Assembly (NCBI GenBank): GCA_964247055.1
Contig: OZ176050.1
Location: forward strand, 6,014,001 to 6,078,000
DNA: 64,000 nt
Direction: 5' to 3'
From: Paragordius varius
Taxonomy: Eukaryota > Animalia > Nematomorpha
Positions 47,281-61,800 of the stretch are shown in pieces. How positions within the stretch are numbered: the stretch's first letter is position 1; every line of letters starts with the position of its first letter. The notes under the pieces were generated by a model. It had not been told where the DNA came from. It saw only the letters and a list, made by a program, of their open reading frames with translations, and did not search any database. A program made the translations under genes and the position numbers.

Positions 47281-48487
47281 ACAAACGGACCTTAAGTGTA
47301 AATCAACGCATGTTACATCATATGAATTGTAACCTCAAGCCATACTAAAAAATAATGTACATAAAATATATAACCAAGCAGTGTAATATTTTTCTTATAT
47401 TCTGTTTAATATCTATCGAATATATCCACGTTTAACTTAATTATGATATTCAAAAAATTAGTGCAGTAACAAGAACCATTATTAGCCATTTCTTATTAAT
47501 TAGCTAAAAATGAATTTACTTCACATGGCTGTTGGTTAGTATGATTTTGTTTTATTAATTAAACTATGGAGAAAAACAATGGCGTATGTTCGCAGTAAAG
47601 TATCATGGTTAAAAATATAATAAACTAATACAAAGGAAAATATACAAAATAATAGATTTGTCAATTATAGCTCTCGTTATTGTATTCTAATATCCATCAG
47701 CTATACGTTTATCCTGCTGCATCTGTGTACTTACTGTGCGGCAAAAACAGAGATCAAAAAATGTTTATGAATAAAATATCATTCGATTGCTAAATACTTG
47801 GATAATGAATATAAAGGCGAAAATACTAAAAAAAAATTAGCTATTAGCCAGATCAATTGCATTTTATTGCAAATTAAGTCAAAAATTAATACTATAAAAG
47901 AAAATGCGTCAATTAAATTTTATTTGTAAATATCTAAGGGATAACTATCGATAAAATTTTCAAATTTATTAAAGGATGTAATAAAAAATCGCACTCTGGA
48001 GTCAATTTTGAATCATAAAAACTTGTGATTATGCGGTAAAAGATTTAAATTTCTATTTTAACTTTCATACATATTTACTATCTTTAAAAGTTTACCTAAT
48101 AGATCTAGTTTAAAAAATTATTTAGGCCTTTTTTGTGAAAAAGAAATTTATAATCTGCACCAAAGCGGAAGTAGCGTATATTTTTTACATAAAATATATT
48201 ATTAATACTTTTCCCATACTAGCAGTAAACATATATAATCTCGGTTTTTTATTTAGATATCCGAAAATTAAACTAAAGTACTTTAAGCGCTAATTTGGCT
48301 TATGATCCCAGCTTTTGAGCAAAAAACTCCCTAAATATAAAACTGAGATAATAGAATTTTTTAGCACCAAATATAGGAAAAGTATAATATATTACATTGA
48401 ATGTTTTTAAAATACCCTACTTACCCTTTGATGCAAATTAAAAAAAATTTTAAGGCTTAAATAATTTTTATAACGCGATAGGGTAAA

Positions 48488-49129
48488 TATACCATTTGCA
48501 CTTCAAGAGTGTCCTTGAACACTTCAAGTTGGTCCTTGAACTCTTCAAGTTGGTCCTTTAACATTTCAAGTTGGTCCTTGAACACTTCAAGTTGGCCCAT
48601 AAAATTATCAAATTTTAATTTAACCAATTTTTGCATTTATTTTTTATTTTATTATTTATTAACCTAATTTTCTTTTTTTATAATGTATTTATTCATTTAA
48701 AAATTAAATTTTTTATTGAAAAACTACTTTTTTGTTTCAAACTATTTTTTTTCAATTGAACAAAATTATTGACTTTTAAATGTTTTAAATGAGAAATTTT
48801 AATTAATAACCCAGAAAACTTATTTATCATTTCGTGTTAAAATCTTATAAATATCCAAAATTATTTTAAGAAATTAATAGAGATATACGGTTTCTTAAAG
48901 ATTAAAAGTTGATATCGAGTTAAAATTTATGTTAAATAATAGAAAATAGGTTAAAAACAATAAAATAGATGAATTATTTACGATTTGATTGATAAAAGTT
49001 AAAAACAAAACAAAAATGTCAAAGGACCAACTTGAATTGTTCAAGGACCAACTTGAATTGTTCAAGGACCAACTTGAAATGTTCAACCAACTTGAAGTTT
49101 TTAAGGACACTCTTAAAGTGCAAATATTA
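48488..49129. mobile_element. Foldback-type MITE with long TIRs built from 21-bp tandem units (CCTTGAACACTTCAAGTTGGT)
   Basis: About five units at 48500-48598 mirror about five reverse-complement units at 49021-49122. The left end begins TATACCATTT. Confidence 0.75.
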
Positions 49130-49803
49130 TCCATATTGTACAGTTAACAAATAATTTAGTTGATGCGTTTTTTCCATTGCAAAAGAAGCACTTAATTTTA
49201 TTGATGTGCGTTACAAATGCATATCTCAAATTCGGCTGATAGCAGAAAAATTAAATTAAATCTTTTTATTTTTCATTTCGACCTCATTATCCTGAAACTT
49301 TTCTATAAAAATATAATATTTAATGCGTAAAAAGTCTTTAAATAATTTAGAATGATTTTTACAATTAATATGCTAAAATAACGACAATATATTATATTAA
49401 AGAAAATTAGGAGCCAAAATCCTAAGTCACAAAATTATTCCGGAAATTTTTAGGATTCATTAGGTTGCAAATTAAGAAACTACCACGGTTCTAATTCCTC
49501 GAGAACTATCCGGTTCAAACGTTCAAGAATCTATACTGTTGCGTGTTCATATGTTGTTTACCTGATTCCAAGTTCTATATACGGTTGTAATAGATTTGAT
49601 GCATTATGGCTAGTGACTATCACCATCAATATAAAACATATGACACATACATAACAGTCCTCATATTATTATATGCTGTGTTGTAACATCGAGATTTTGA
49701 GTTATAAAAAGGTGTATTTAGATGTCATATTGTAAAACATGTGATATAATGATTCGATTAAATAGATGAAAATATGCAAATCATATGTTTTATATGAGTA
49801 CAT

Positions 49804-52800
49804 ATGGTGTATTCGGCCATATTATTTCCTAAAATTAATGAATTACTCCTATTAAACAAAAAAATTGAAAATGAATTGAGACATCTTAAACTTGTACAGA
49901 ATTCTAAATCCAAACAAAATGTCATCCAAGCCGTTGAAATGTTTTTATTTAAGTATTATGAGTACAAAACATGTTTTGAGCCGACAAGCCCTGCTCCAAT
50001 AAACCCACCTCAACAAGTGTTTTTGACATATAATATTAGGTTGAAAACAGTATCTCTGAAACAACCGTTTCAAGAAAATTGGTTTCGTTGGAAAATTTAA
50101 ATGAAACGTTGAAATTATCAACTATTTCAAAAAATAATATACCTGATATTCTATCGTCTTTACAAGTATTTTTTCTTTAATTTTATTTGTTTTCATTATA
50201 TACATTTATAAACTGTTACTTTTTCATAATGAATATTTGGTGCCCTAATTTAGCTAAAAATCTATATTTAAATGTCTAGCTTGACTCGAGTATAAGCATG
50301 TTAATATAATGATAAACATTCTGACTTCAGGACACATTTAGTTAGGAAAAGTACTATGTAATAATTTACTTAATATAACGTAACTATAGATTTTTGACAC
50401 CAGTTCTTTGAAACAAACCTATGAAAATCGATCAGGAATGCATGTTTTAATTAACAATGAACTTCAAAATTAAATTTAACCTTTTTTTATCTGGTTTTGA
50501 TTCCAAAGTTTAAGGAACCATTCTGGTTTTATTCTAAGTTTAGGATTATACCGTTTCCGATTCGCCGTTTTTAACCGGTTTCAAGCCCTGTTCATTATTT
50601 TTCAAATAATTTCATTTTAAATCCCCATATACAATTTTTTTACGATATACGCTACTTATTTTAATTAAAAAATCTGATTTTGTCATTTTGGACGCTTTAT
50701 TTAACACTTGGATATTACACATTCATTTCAGTCCTTCGATTCAAATTGGGATAGTTAGATACCCCAGGCTTGTTTAAAATTAAATACTTTGAAAAATATG
50801 GAAGGATTCCAAACCATGGCAAAATTTTGCACTTATATAACATTAACACCAAAATATATAAAAAAATTTATTCAAAAATACAAGATATTACTTATTTTAA
50901 TGCTAAACCTTAAGGTAAAAATTTAGTCAACATAACATGTGTTCATTGGCTAAATTTAATAATACAAATAAACCACTTTTTATATTTCTATCAGTGTTGG
51001 ATGTTATTTAAATAAAAAATTAGCTGTAATTTTACTTTTAAATTAAATAAACACGATATTTTGCAACTATTTTGTGAAATAAAAATGGCGTCGAAGTGGT
51101 TTGACATGAAACTTTTTTTTCAAATCGAAATTTTCTATAGATATTTCGGCTTATTTATATAATTTTCATTAAGATGGAAGCATAAATTTAAATTGGGACC
51201 GTTTCCTTCAATAGTTTTTTAAAAATAACAATTTAAATTTAGTCTGAGGTATTTAGATACCCCAATTTGAATCGAAGTGTTAATGTCAGAGTTAATAAAA
51301 CACAAGCCTATAATTTTTCTCTATTGATTTGCAAGATTTAGCCATTTAAAATACATTTTGACCTTAAATTCGGCACACTATAATATACATATTGGATATT
51401 TAGTCATTTTAACATTTTGAAAAAAATATAACTTAAATTTTAAATTTTTTATGTTCGGATATTTTTGAAACCCTTAATTACAATTATTATTATTTTGTTG
51501 TCTTGAAACGTTCCGATATCCAATTATTTTAATATTATTTATAAGAATGGGATTTCCAAGGTCGAAAAATCACGTAACTTAACCAATATAATTATTATTA
51601 TAAATATTTGTATCCAGAGATAAAATGTTCCCTAATACATTTACATTAAATGGTTTTTACGCGTTTGTTTTAATTGGATAATTTTTCATTTAGATACCAC
51701 CAATTAATCGTGCCATTAAACAAGAGAATGTTCCGGAATCTGCCAATAATGTTACTAATAGCATAGAATCAGTTACTTCGAATGATTCAACTATAGAAGA
51801 TATGACCAGTTCTAGCTATAAAAGAAGAAAATTACGGGAAAGAAAAGTGAATGATTCTAAAAAAGGACGGACAAGAAATAAACCAATCATTCATGAAGAC
51901 AATGAAAATGATTATTCTGATGATTCCTCGGAAATCGAAAAACCTAAAAAATCTTTACCACCCACAACAAGTACTATGATGGAGTCCCCCTCCAATTCCA
52001 ATCCAAATAATACTCAATTAATGGCGGCAACTGCTGCTTACAATAGGCGAAATATACGGAGGATTAAAACGGACACTGAAATAAGGGAGGAAACACGCTT
52101 AGCTTTTCAGCGTGAGCAAGAACGTTTGTCTCGTATAACCAAGAATCGAGACAATTTAAATGTAATTCGTATACTTATCTGTAAATTTTGAGTTTACATA
52201 AGTATACTGTAAAATTTATGATTGAAAGGTCAAAATTTTTAAACTATAAGACATATATTAATAAACATATTTTAAACCTTTTTAATTGTAATCTATCGTT
52301 TTGGGTTAATAGAAATTAATTGGCACTATCAATTTTATATTTTACATTCGTAATCGAATCGGTTGTATAAAAACTAGGATCCAAATATTTAGTTATATAA
52401 TCTATTAGTCTTTGTTTAGTCGTATAATTTTACATTTTACTGTTTTTATTTTAAATTATATATATTAGAAACGAAAAGAAATTCAAGTGCCTTCTAATGC
52501 TACTAGTTATTCTAGTCAAGTAGTACCGCTATGTTTGGAATCCAACGATGGAGATGCAAACACTCCAAAATTTGAAGTAACCGTTGATAAAACACTCTCT
52601 CAACACCTTAAACCCCATCAAGTTAAAGGTTTGTATTAGCAATTGATTTTAAATTATTGATTAAAAGTAATTTATATATTTCCAATGATGTGCATAGGTA
52701 TCACCTTTCTATATGACAATATTATTGAATCTCAAAAGACATTTGCCAAATCATTGGAAGTAAATGCCAGTCGAAATGAACAGGACGACCAATCTTATGG

Positions 52801-55800
52801 TGCTATTTTGGCTCATTTGATGGGACTTGGTATGCATGTAGTAGATATTTATATTTATCATATTCGCTTGCTAATCGAATATAAAGGGTTTAGGTTTTTA
52901 ATGGTTTAAGAAGGGTTGATTTCTAATTTTCATACTACAAGATTTTTTGTGTTCAAATCAATTAACTTATTTTTCGATTTTTTTAGGTAAAACATTGCAA
53001 ATCATTACATTTTTACACACTGTATTTACGCATCCCTACTATTCAAAACACCTTAAAACGGCCCTTGTTTTATGTCCCACCAATGTCACGTTTAATTGGA
53101 TAGATGAATGTGAAAAATGGATCTCTATGTGCCATGTGCCTATTAAAGTTATATTTTAACTTTAAAATTGTTAACAAATTTCAATTATTTAATTATTAAT
53201 TTTACAGTAATTAAGATTAGTATTTTAATAATGCAAAAGATATAAGTAAATCTTAAATGAAATAAATGTGAATAAGTAAATCTATCAAAATAACCGCGCA
53301 GAAAACTAAAGGTAGTTATTTTGATAATTTTTACCTATTTTGATTATTTTCCCATATGGAAAAATCAAATATAATTTTTATATAATTTATTTTAGTTTTA
53401 TGGTTTATTAAATGCAAAAACTAATCATGATCGTCAACAAATTTTGTCTGAATGGTGGAATGGTAAAGGTAATGCCAAGTATGGAAGGATTCTCGTTATG
53501 GGATATGAACTATTTCGATACCTTATCACGCAAAAGAAAAGATCTAACTTTAACAAATTTTTACAAAAATCTTTAATTTTTCCGGGTATTAATTTTTAAT
53601 ATTAATTTTGTGGAAAAATGTGCTAGCAGAATATCATGGGAATCTTAAAATCAAACTTTATTAAAAATTACAACCATATTTTTAAACCTTGATTATTTTA
53701 ATAAAACCCATATTATTTTCTGGCGTTGCAAAATATGGTAAAAAGATTCAAATTAGATTCATACAGTTAATCATATATTAAACAGTTGTAATCATTAAGG
53801 TTGCTTATAAAAGAATCAAAGATCAAATCTATTGTTTTTATATCAAAAATATTTACCTTTCGTCTTTACTTTTTATCATTAAAATTTTAATTTTTATGGT
53901 ATAATTTATTTGTTTTAGGACCCGATATATTAGTGTGTGACGAAGGCCATGTACTTAAAAATAGCTCTTCCCTTCTTTTCAAAGCCGTTAACCAAATTAA
54001 TACGCGAAGACGTATAATTTTGACTGGGACTCCATTACAAAATAATCTCACTGAATGTAATTTATTTTGAGGAATTTAATTACATATAATCTATAAAAAT
54101 CTTATTGTTAACAATAATGTTCTTAAAATGAATATACTTGGATATGGACTTCATTTAAAAGAATTATTGCACAAAATATACTAATTTTTGCTTTCAACTC
54201 TTCTTTCAAGCATTAATATGTAATTTTATAATATAACGATTATACAGATTACTACATGGTGGACCTTATAAAACCAATGTTTTTGGGAACCAAAAAAGAA
54301 TTTTCAAACATGTTTATAAATCCAATCGAAAATGGTCAACGATCAGATTCCACAGAACACGATGTGAGATTAATGAAGAAACGTGTCCATATTTTGTACA
54401 AAAAGTTATCTGGTTTCGTACAGGTAAATAAATAAAGAAAACAGTATATTTTTAATATAATTTATACCACAACATAAAAATGGGTTGAATATCTATAAAA
54501 TGTCCATGTTTGTATACAGTATGAGTAAGTATATATTGCTAGATTATTTATTGCCAAATAGCATATACAACAAAGCGCAGCATTATTGGCTTATAGTTGT
54601 TTTTTTCACTATTTACTATTATTAGCCAATAATATATGCTATATTAATAACTTTCTAGCCATATATACTTACTCATACTTTAATTATAAATTATTGAAAT
54701 CAATCATGGTTAAACAACATAACTAATTTTCGCTAATACAAAATATAAGGGCCTCATCACTAAATCAATTTCTTATTGATAAATAAAAGGTATTTTGTTA
54801 AATATTAAAAATATAACAAATATTTTGACGGAAATTCATCCTTAACTGTTTTTTAAATATCTCCTTGCATAATATGATTGTAATAATTCAAAAGAAAATA
54901 AAAAAAACGCCTTTTATTTAAATTAGTCGGCCTATTTTAGTCTTTTAGAGTAGAGAAAAAATGAATGTTTAAACCTTTTAATAATAGTCATTTATATTTA
55001 ACATTTATTATATTATATCCAAAAAATTAGGCTTTAATTTTTTTCATCATAATATACCATTTACAATTCAAATTCATCCTTAAACATTCATATTCACCCT
55101 AAAATGAATTATGTGTTTTTTTAGATTAAAAATTTTTCATTTTTAAAAGAATGTAATTTTGGTTTATAGTACTGAAAAAATAATAAACTATGCCCTAAAG
55201 ATATATATTATATTAATAATGAGTAATATTAGCCCGAAAACAAATAATTTAATTTTTTAAGGGTAAATTTGAGTTGTATATGGATATTGAATGTAATATA
55301 TGTTGATTATAGAGAATGGATTATTGTGACATTGAAAAAGGAGGAAGCCAAGATCTCTCAAATAATTCTCTTTTAGCGTTAACGACAAAACATGAATATG
55401 TTATATTTGTGAGACTTAGTCCAAAACAAATAGAAATGTATAAACATTTTATTGGTATATGCCTTAATAATTATTCTCAAGACCCGGCCGCCAATTTCGG
55501 TAAATTTAAAGTTTTATAAAATATGTCTATGCATTAAAGGTGTAAAAAATATACTTAGGCCATATGGTTTTATTATTGTATATATATATATATATATGTA
55601 GGTAATTGTAGCTATAATTTGTAAAATTCTTTATTAATTTGAGTTTTCAATCGATAAGGCCAATAATATGTAAATTTGACAATATTCTTTTAAGTTTCTC
55701 ATTTATATCCTCTTTTTTATAACCGTTTACCTTGTTTTCTGTGCCTTTTAAGATATATACAAAATGATGAACCATGATATGAAAGATTTTAACTTCACTA

Positions 55801-58800
55801 TGGAGGATTTGGAACAAAGTCCAAACAAAAATTTGAAAAATAAATCAACATTATCCAAAAATGCTCCTACACCATCCTTTAATTCTCAAAACAATTTTCA
55901 ATTTTCGATTCTAGAGACATTCCAAGAATTATATTTGACACTAATGCACCCTTGGATGTGTTACATGATGGCGAAAAGGAGAACCGAGATTGATGTAATT
56001 TTTGAACCAGACTAAAAATTTTTTTATTATGCAATTGGCTTACTAATGACAATTAATAAAACAGTTTTGTCTAAAAGGAATTATGATCAGGCGTGTTTTT
56101 GTTTTAACACCTAATGGTCGCTATTATTGAAATTTATGTGCAAATCAAATTAATTCAAAAAATAATATATTTAGTAGGGTTAGATTTTGACCGGTTAAAA
56201 CATTGATCGGTTGGTACACCTTATGAATACAGTCCTAACGACAAATGTTAGTTATGTGTTGTGACTAAGCCACACAAAAATAAATTAACCATTTAAATTG
56301 GTCTGATAGATAACAAACAATGATAATTCTTAAAATTTTAAAATTCCTTATCCGCCTTCTCCCCTTTATACCGCTATTATTATATTAATTTTGATCACAA
56401 ACGCATCGCAAAATTTTTAGTTAATTAATTAAACTCTAATTTTTCGACTGTAGTCACTTGGAGAGTTCATTGATGACGATACGGATGTTGAATCTTTTGA
56501 AGGTTCTTCAGAATCAGAAAAGCCCGAAGAATTTCATGAACCATCCTCACCCCTTCATAATAATAATAATGATGATGGTGATGATTTAATGGTTAATTCA
56601 GTTAGGCGAAACACTAACCCTTCTGCAATCATAAAACGACAAAAGACGCGTTTACAAAAATTGGATTCCAATTCGGATGACGAACCGCAAGGTATTTTTA
56701 TTTCTAATAATAGATATTAAATGGTAATAAAAATAAAAATATCCAAGGTATATCAATCTTTCCATTTTTAGTATTAATAAAAAATTTATATTTTAATTTT
56801 TTTCTCAAATGTATTTAACGTTTATACATAAAGTAATTCAAATAATGGATTGTTGCTATTGTATGCGTGAATGGCAGTTATAAAATCCATTTTATTTACT
56901 TTATTATAGATCAATTGCAATCCAGCGCTTCAACTAGTTTGACTGAAACACATGTAAATCAAACAGCACTCAAAGATCGTATGTCACCCGATAAGGCTGA
57001 TATAAGTCAATCATCTCGTAAAACCAGGTATATTAATCAATATATTTAGTAATAATTAAATCTTTAAATTTATATGATTTAGCAAAAATTAAATTGGAAT
57101 GTATAATTAAGTTTGATTGGTTACGAAATGTTTTAGAAAAATTTCCTTCATTTGGTTCTCAAGGCTTTTAAGGATAATTTTTTAGGGATACGGAATAATT
57201 AATGTTTTTGTGTAATTTTTCTAAATTAAATAATATGGCTATTGTATCACGAGATAAGGCTGACATCACGAAATGATATAACTGAAATCGCAAAATGGAT
57301 AGAATTTAGTGCTAAAAAATTAATATTGTATAAGGTAAAAGTTTATGGAATAACTTATGTTTTTTGTAAAAACTATGGATTTATATAAAACAAACCTTTT
57401 ATTAATAATAATCGCAGTCTAATTTCCTGCTTATTACTACACATCAGTCCACAAGCATTATGAGTTTAATTTAAAATTTGTCCAATTTAGCATTATCAGT
57501 TTAAAGAAGCTCAATGTATGTATTTTTTAATAGACAAAGTGTCCGTTTTAGTGATACACTCGATTATATGGGTCAAGAACATTTAAAAATATCAATTTAT
57601 GAGAAATTCAAAAATCAATTAAAAGAATTTGATGAGTCTGCTTGGTGGTACCCATTTTTGGCTCCAAACGATGCTTTTAATGTTTCGTTGAGCGGGAAAA
57701 TCATATTACTGCTTGATATACTAAAATTGGCACAATCAACAAATGAAAAAGTGTAAGCCTAAATTTTATTTAAATTGTTAACATATTTAATCATTAATTT
57801 AATATCTATTTTTAACTAGTCGATAATTTAATTTACCCTGTTAGATTTATCCATTTTAACGTGTTGTAAATTAGATTGATTTTTTCACAAAGTCTGACAA
57901 CCCTTGATTACATCGAAAAAATCTTATCAATAATACACAAACTATTGAATCACAATAATATAAGAACAAATATATATACTAACGACAATGATACATCAAA
58001 TAATGAAGAATCTTCTGAGTTGGATTTATTATCAATGGAGGCATGCTTTATTTTGTTTCATATCTTATTTTTATACAAAAACTCTGTTTTATATGAAATA
58101 ACTATGATCTCATTCTATATTAATGTTTTATTGTTTTAGTTAAAAAGCTTTTTATCCGATGGTTGGGTCCACAAAACATGGTGTAAAAATGTTGATTACT
58201 TCCGGATGGACGGTTCAACCAAAATTCAAAGTAGGCATTCAGCGCAAATGACATTTAATGATCCAAAAAATACCAGGTACCTTTTTTGATACTTTATCTG
58301 ATTTAACGCATATTTTTGCTTGATTGGCAGATAGTAGGGTCAAAACTATTTTAAATGCATTTTTACGGCTGATGGAATATAAATTTATAAAAATGAATTT
58401 TATAGTAAAATTTAAAACTTTAATGACAAACATAATTTGAGAATACAATATTTTTTGCTCCGTGATTTTTCTTAATATAACAATATTTAATTAACATTAT
58501 GAAAAATAAAATTGGGCATTTTACCGATTTACATCGATCTCTTATCTAGCAATTTAAAAGGTTAAAAAGCATGGCTGTTCCAAATATGTAGTTTTTTTAA
58601 TGTTTTGTCTTTGTATTTAATTTGGACTTTACGTATAAATCTAAATAACCACATATTTTTTCTTTACTTCTTGACATATCACAGGTATATAGTATATTTT
58701 TACAAATATAAATGGGGATATGTAACCAATTTACATCATTTTTTATGTTTGGCAAGCTCAATACCTAAAGTTATGAATTTTTATAAAAATTTTATTACTT

Positions 58801-61800
58801 TACATTATGATTTGGTATAAAAAATATTTTTATCTACGTGGTTTAGAGCTCGTTTATTTATTATCTCATCGAAGGCTGGGAGTTTGGGTGTTAATCTTAC
58901 CGGAGCAAGTCGAATAATTATGATGGACGCATGTTGGAACCCAGTTCATGATACTCAAGCCATCTTTAGGGCTTACCGGATAGGGCAAACTAAACCCGTT
59001 TACATATACCGACTTATTTCACAAGTTTATATATAACGTTTCAATAAAAAGTGAATTTTATTTATTTATCAAGTTTTAAAGACATGGCTAGTTTTATGCT
59101 TAAAGTATCCTGCTAGATACTATTTATAATAAAGAATCATACTACTAACGCCTTTTAAACGATAATGACTTTAATAAGATTTGTAAGTTCTGGTCTGCAA
59201 ATGATTTCAATTATATATCTTTATTACAACTTATATCATTTTCCTTTTATATTTATTTTTGCATTGGATAATAATTTTTACCCGATATATATTTATACAA
59301 CTAAGGGAACTATTGAACAGAAAATTTATGAACGTCAAATTACAAAACAATCCTTATCCAAACGGGTGGTTGACAAACATCAAATACAAAGGCATTTTAC
59401 GATCTCATCCTACAAAGATTTGTATGAATTTAATCCAGACACATCCATTACTGTCACAGTAATGATATATACAAATTAAAATTAGAAAGATAAATCTCTA
59501 AAAACCAAAAGACGAATATTTCTTATAAAATCAATCATACTATTTTATATTATGATTAACTCAAATGATTTCAATAATGAAATATATAATTAAGTTTTGT
59601 TCTGTATTTTGTAATCCAAACGATAGGTTATTATCACGGTTTTTTGAATCATATTATTTTCTTAGTTTTGCATTTTGTCCTTAATTTTCAATTTTTACTG
59701 TAACATGATTTAGGAAGGTGCTGTTAATAATACAGCAAACATCCATATTATAAGTTATAAATAGGATAATTATACTTATTTAATACGTTAACTTTTTTTC
59801 TATTCTCAAATCAAAGGATCCCAAAAACCAATAATATAGTAGCTATTTACTGTATATAAGAAATTTTTTTGATAAATACTTTAAAATAGGGCGGAATTAA
59901 CGTTTATATATTTTTTTCGCTTAATAGCCTTTCTCCAACGATTTATCTGCGAATCAAACAAAAAATAACGCAGTGATAAATAAGAACAACAACCATATAC
60001 GCGATATGATACCACCTAAAGTATATAAGATTTTCATACTATACATTTTTTTAAAAAATAAGGGAAATTTTAAGATGTAATATAATTTAGCTTAATTTTT
60101 ATCTAAAAATATCTACTCTTTTACATAGCAATTTTTTTTTAATATCGCAAAGAGTGAAATTATTTACTTTACATAGATTTCAAACGTTAGGTTGAATAAA
60201 TTAAGAAAATAAATGTATATTTTTAAATTAAATTTGAAAAATAAGGCCTTATATTTAATTTTAGAAGTATTTATTTTTCTCAAAATATTATGTATGCATT
60301 CCTTACTGTGTTTAATATTCCGATATTGCTCTCTTATCAAAAAATAATATGTTTAAATACACTCTAACTTTATTTACCATTTACAGTTCTTCACCTGTGA
60401 ACAATTCAATTTCACACGAACAATTTAAATTCACTTTATAAATTATGTTTTTTTTAAAATTAAAAATTACCTATATTTTATATATTTAAAAATGAAATTT
60501 TGTCCAAAATCAATATAATACTGAAAAAATAATAAATTATGCTATAAGAATATATTTTTTACTAATGATGAATTATATTAGCCCGTAAACACTTAATTTA
60601 TTTTTAGGGTGAATTTGAATTGTTTAAGGGTGAATTTATTTGTTCAAGGGTAAACTTGAATTCTAAATGGTATATCTACGAATCATTTAATTTATCATTC
60701 CATAATCATATTTAATTTATTAAAAAAGGATCAATTGCTTGCTTCTATTATGTTGGGCTCGCAAGGTGTTTGGATCGCCTCTTACAAAGATCACGAAAGT
60801 TTGTTGGAAAACCGTTTGGACGAAGATTTAACTGAAGAGGAACGGGCCAATGCTTGGCTTGAATATGAAAATTTACGACGCAACAATATATATAATTACA
60901 ATTTCGATAATATGGGAGGAAGCATTTTAAATAATACTGATAATAATCAGACTTCAATTAACGGTCAAAATACAACGAACGAAGACTTTTTAGCTTTAAT
61001 TCAGGCATCAAATAATGCAATCCTCATGAACGATAAAGTAATTCGCGACAAAGCTAACAATATATTGAAGGATTTCTCAAACTCTAATATTAATAACCCA
61101 CAACACTCGCAAAATTTTCAAATTTTCAATCACATTAGGTATGAATATCAAAGTTACATAAATTAGTCAACCATATGACTAAAACACAATAAAAAAGTAT
61201 ATATGAAAGCGTTTACAGAAATAATATGCAAATTATTATTTTATTGAGTTGTGTTTTATACCTTTTATATTTTTAAGATGTGTTTCTCAATTTGTAATCC
61301 TATGATAATTATTTTCTAAAACCAATATGTATAGGCTTCAAAGCTCCCAAAGTTTAGTTTTTCTGGACAATCACTTGATTTTCTCTGTTATGGATTGTGA
61401 ATATACCCTTTTAATAAATTTTATATGATATTAATTATTGATAATTGAGGTGTCCGCTCTTTGAAAATTTATTCCAATTTAAATTATTTTGTTGTTGTTT
61501 TTCACAATAAACATATAATTTATTTATTAAAATTTTTTTATACTTTAAAACTCTATTTTTAGCATTCTATCCAGCTCTATTACCAACAATCCTTATTTAA
61601 CTCCAAGTACTTTCAAAATTTATTTATATTAATATATAAATATGTTTAAATATAGCGAAATATTTTTTTATTCGTTTTACTCTTACATTCGACAAACTTG
61701 ATTTTTTCGGTTAAATATATTTATTTGCTTTTTTTTTCATCTGCGTAATTTTTAGAGGATAACTATATTATGACTTCTGCTCATCAAACACCGAATTCAC

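Noticed and set aside
48500-49134. 21-bp repeats as a CRISPR array, and ORF 48895-49134 as a gene
   Set aside because: There are no spacers, the context is eukaryotic, and the arrays are inverted TIRs. The ORF is a translation of the repeat.
58041-58139. Possible GC-AG intron in ATRX
   Set aside because: The phase does not fit. A canonical GT(58019)-AG(58146) solution exists.
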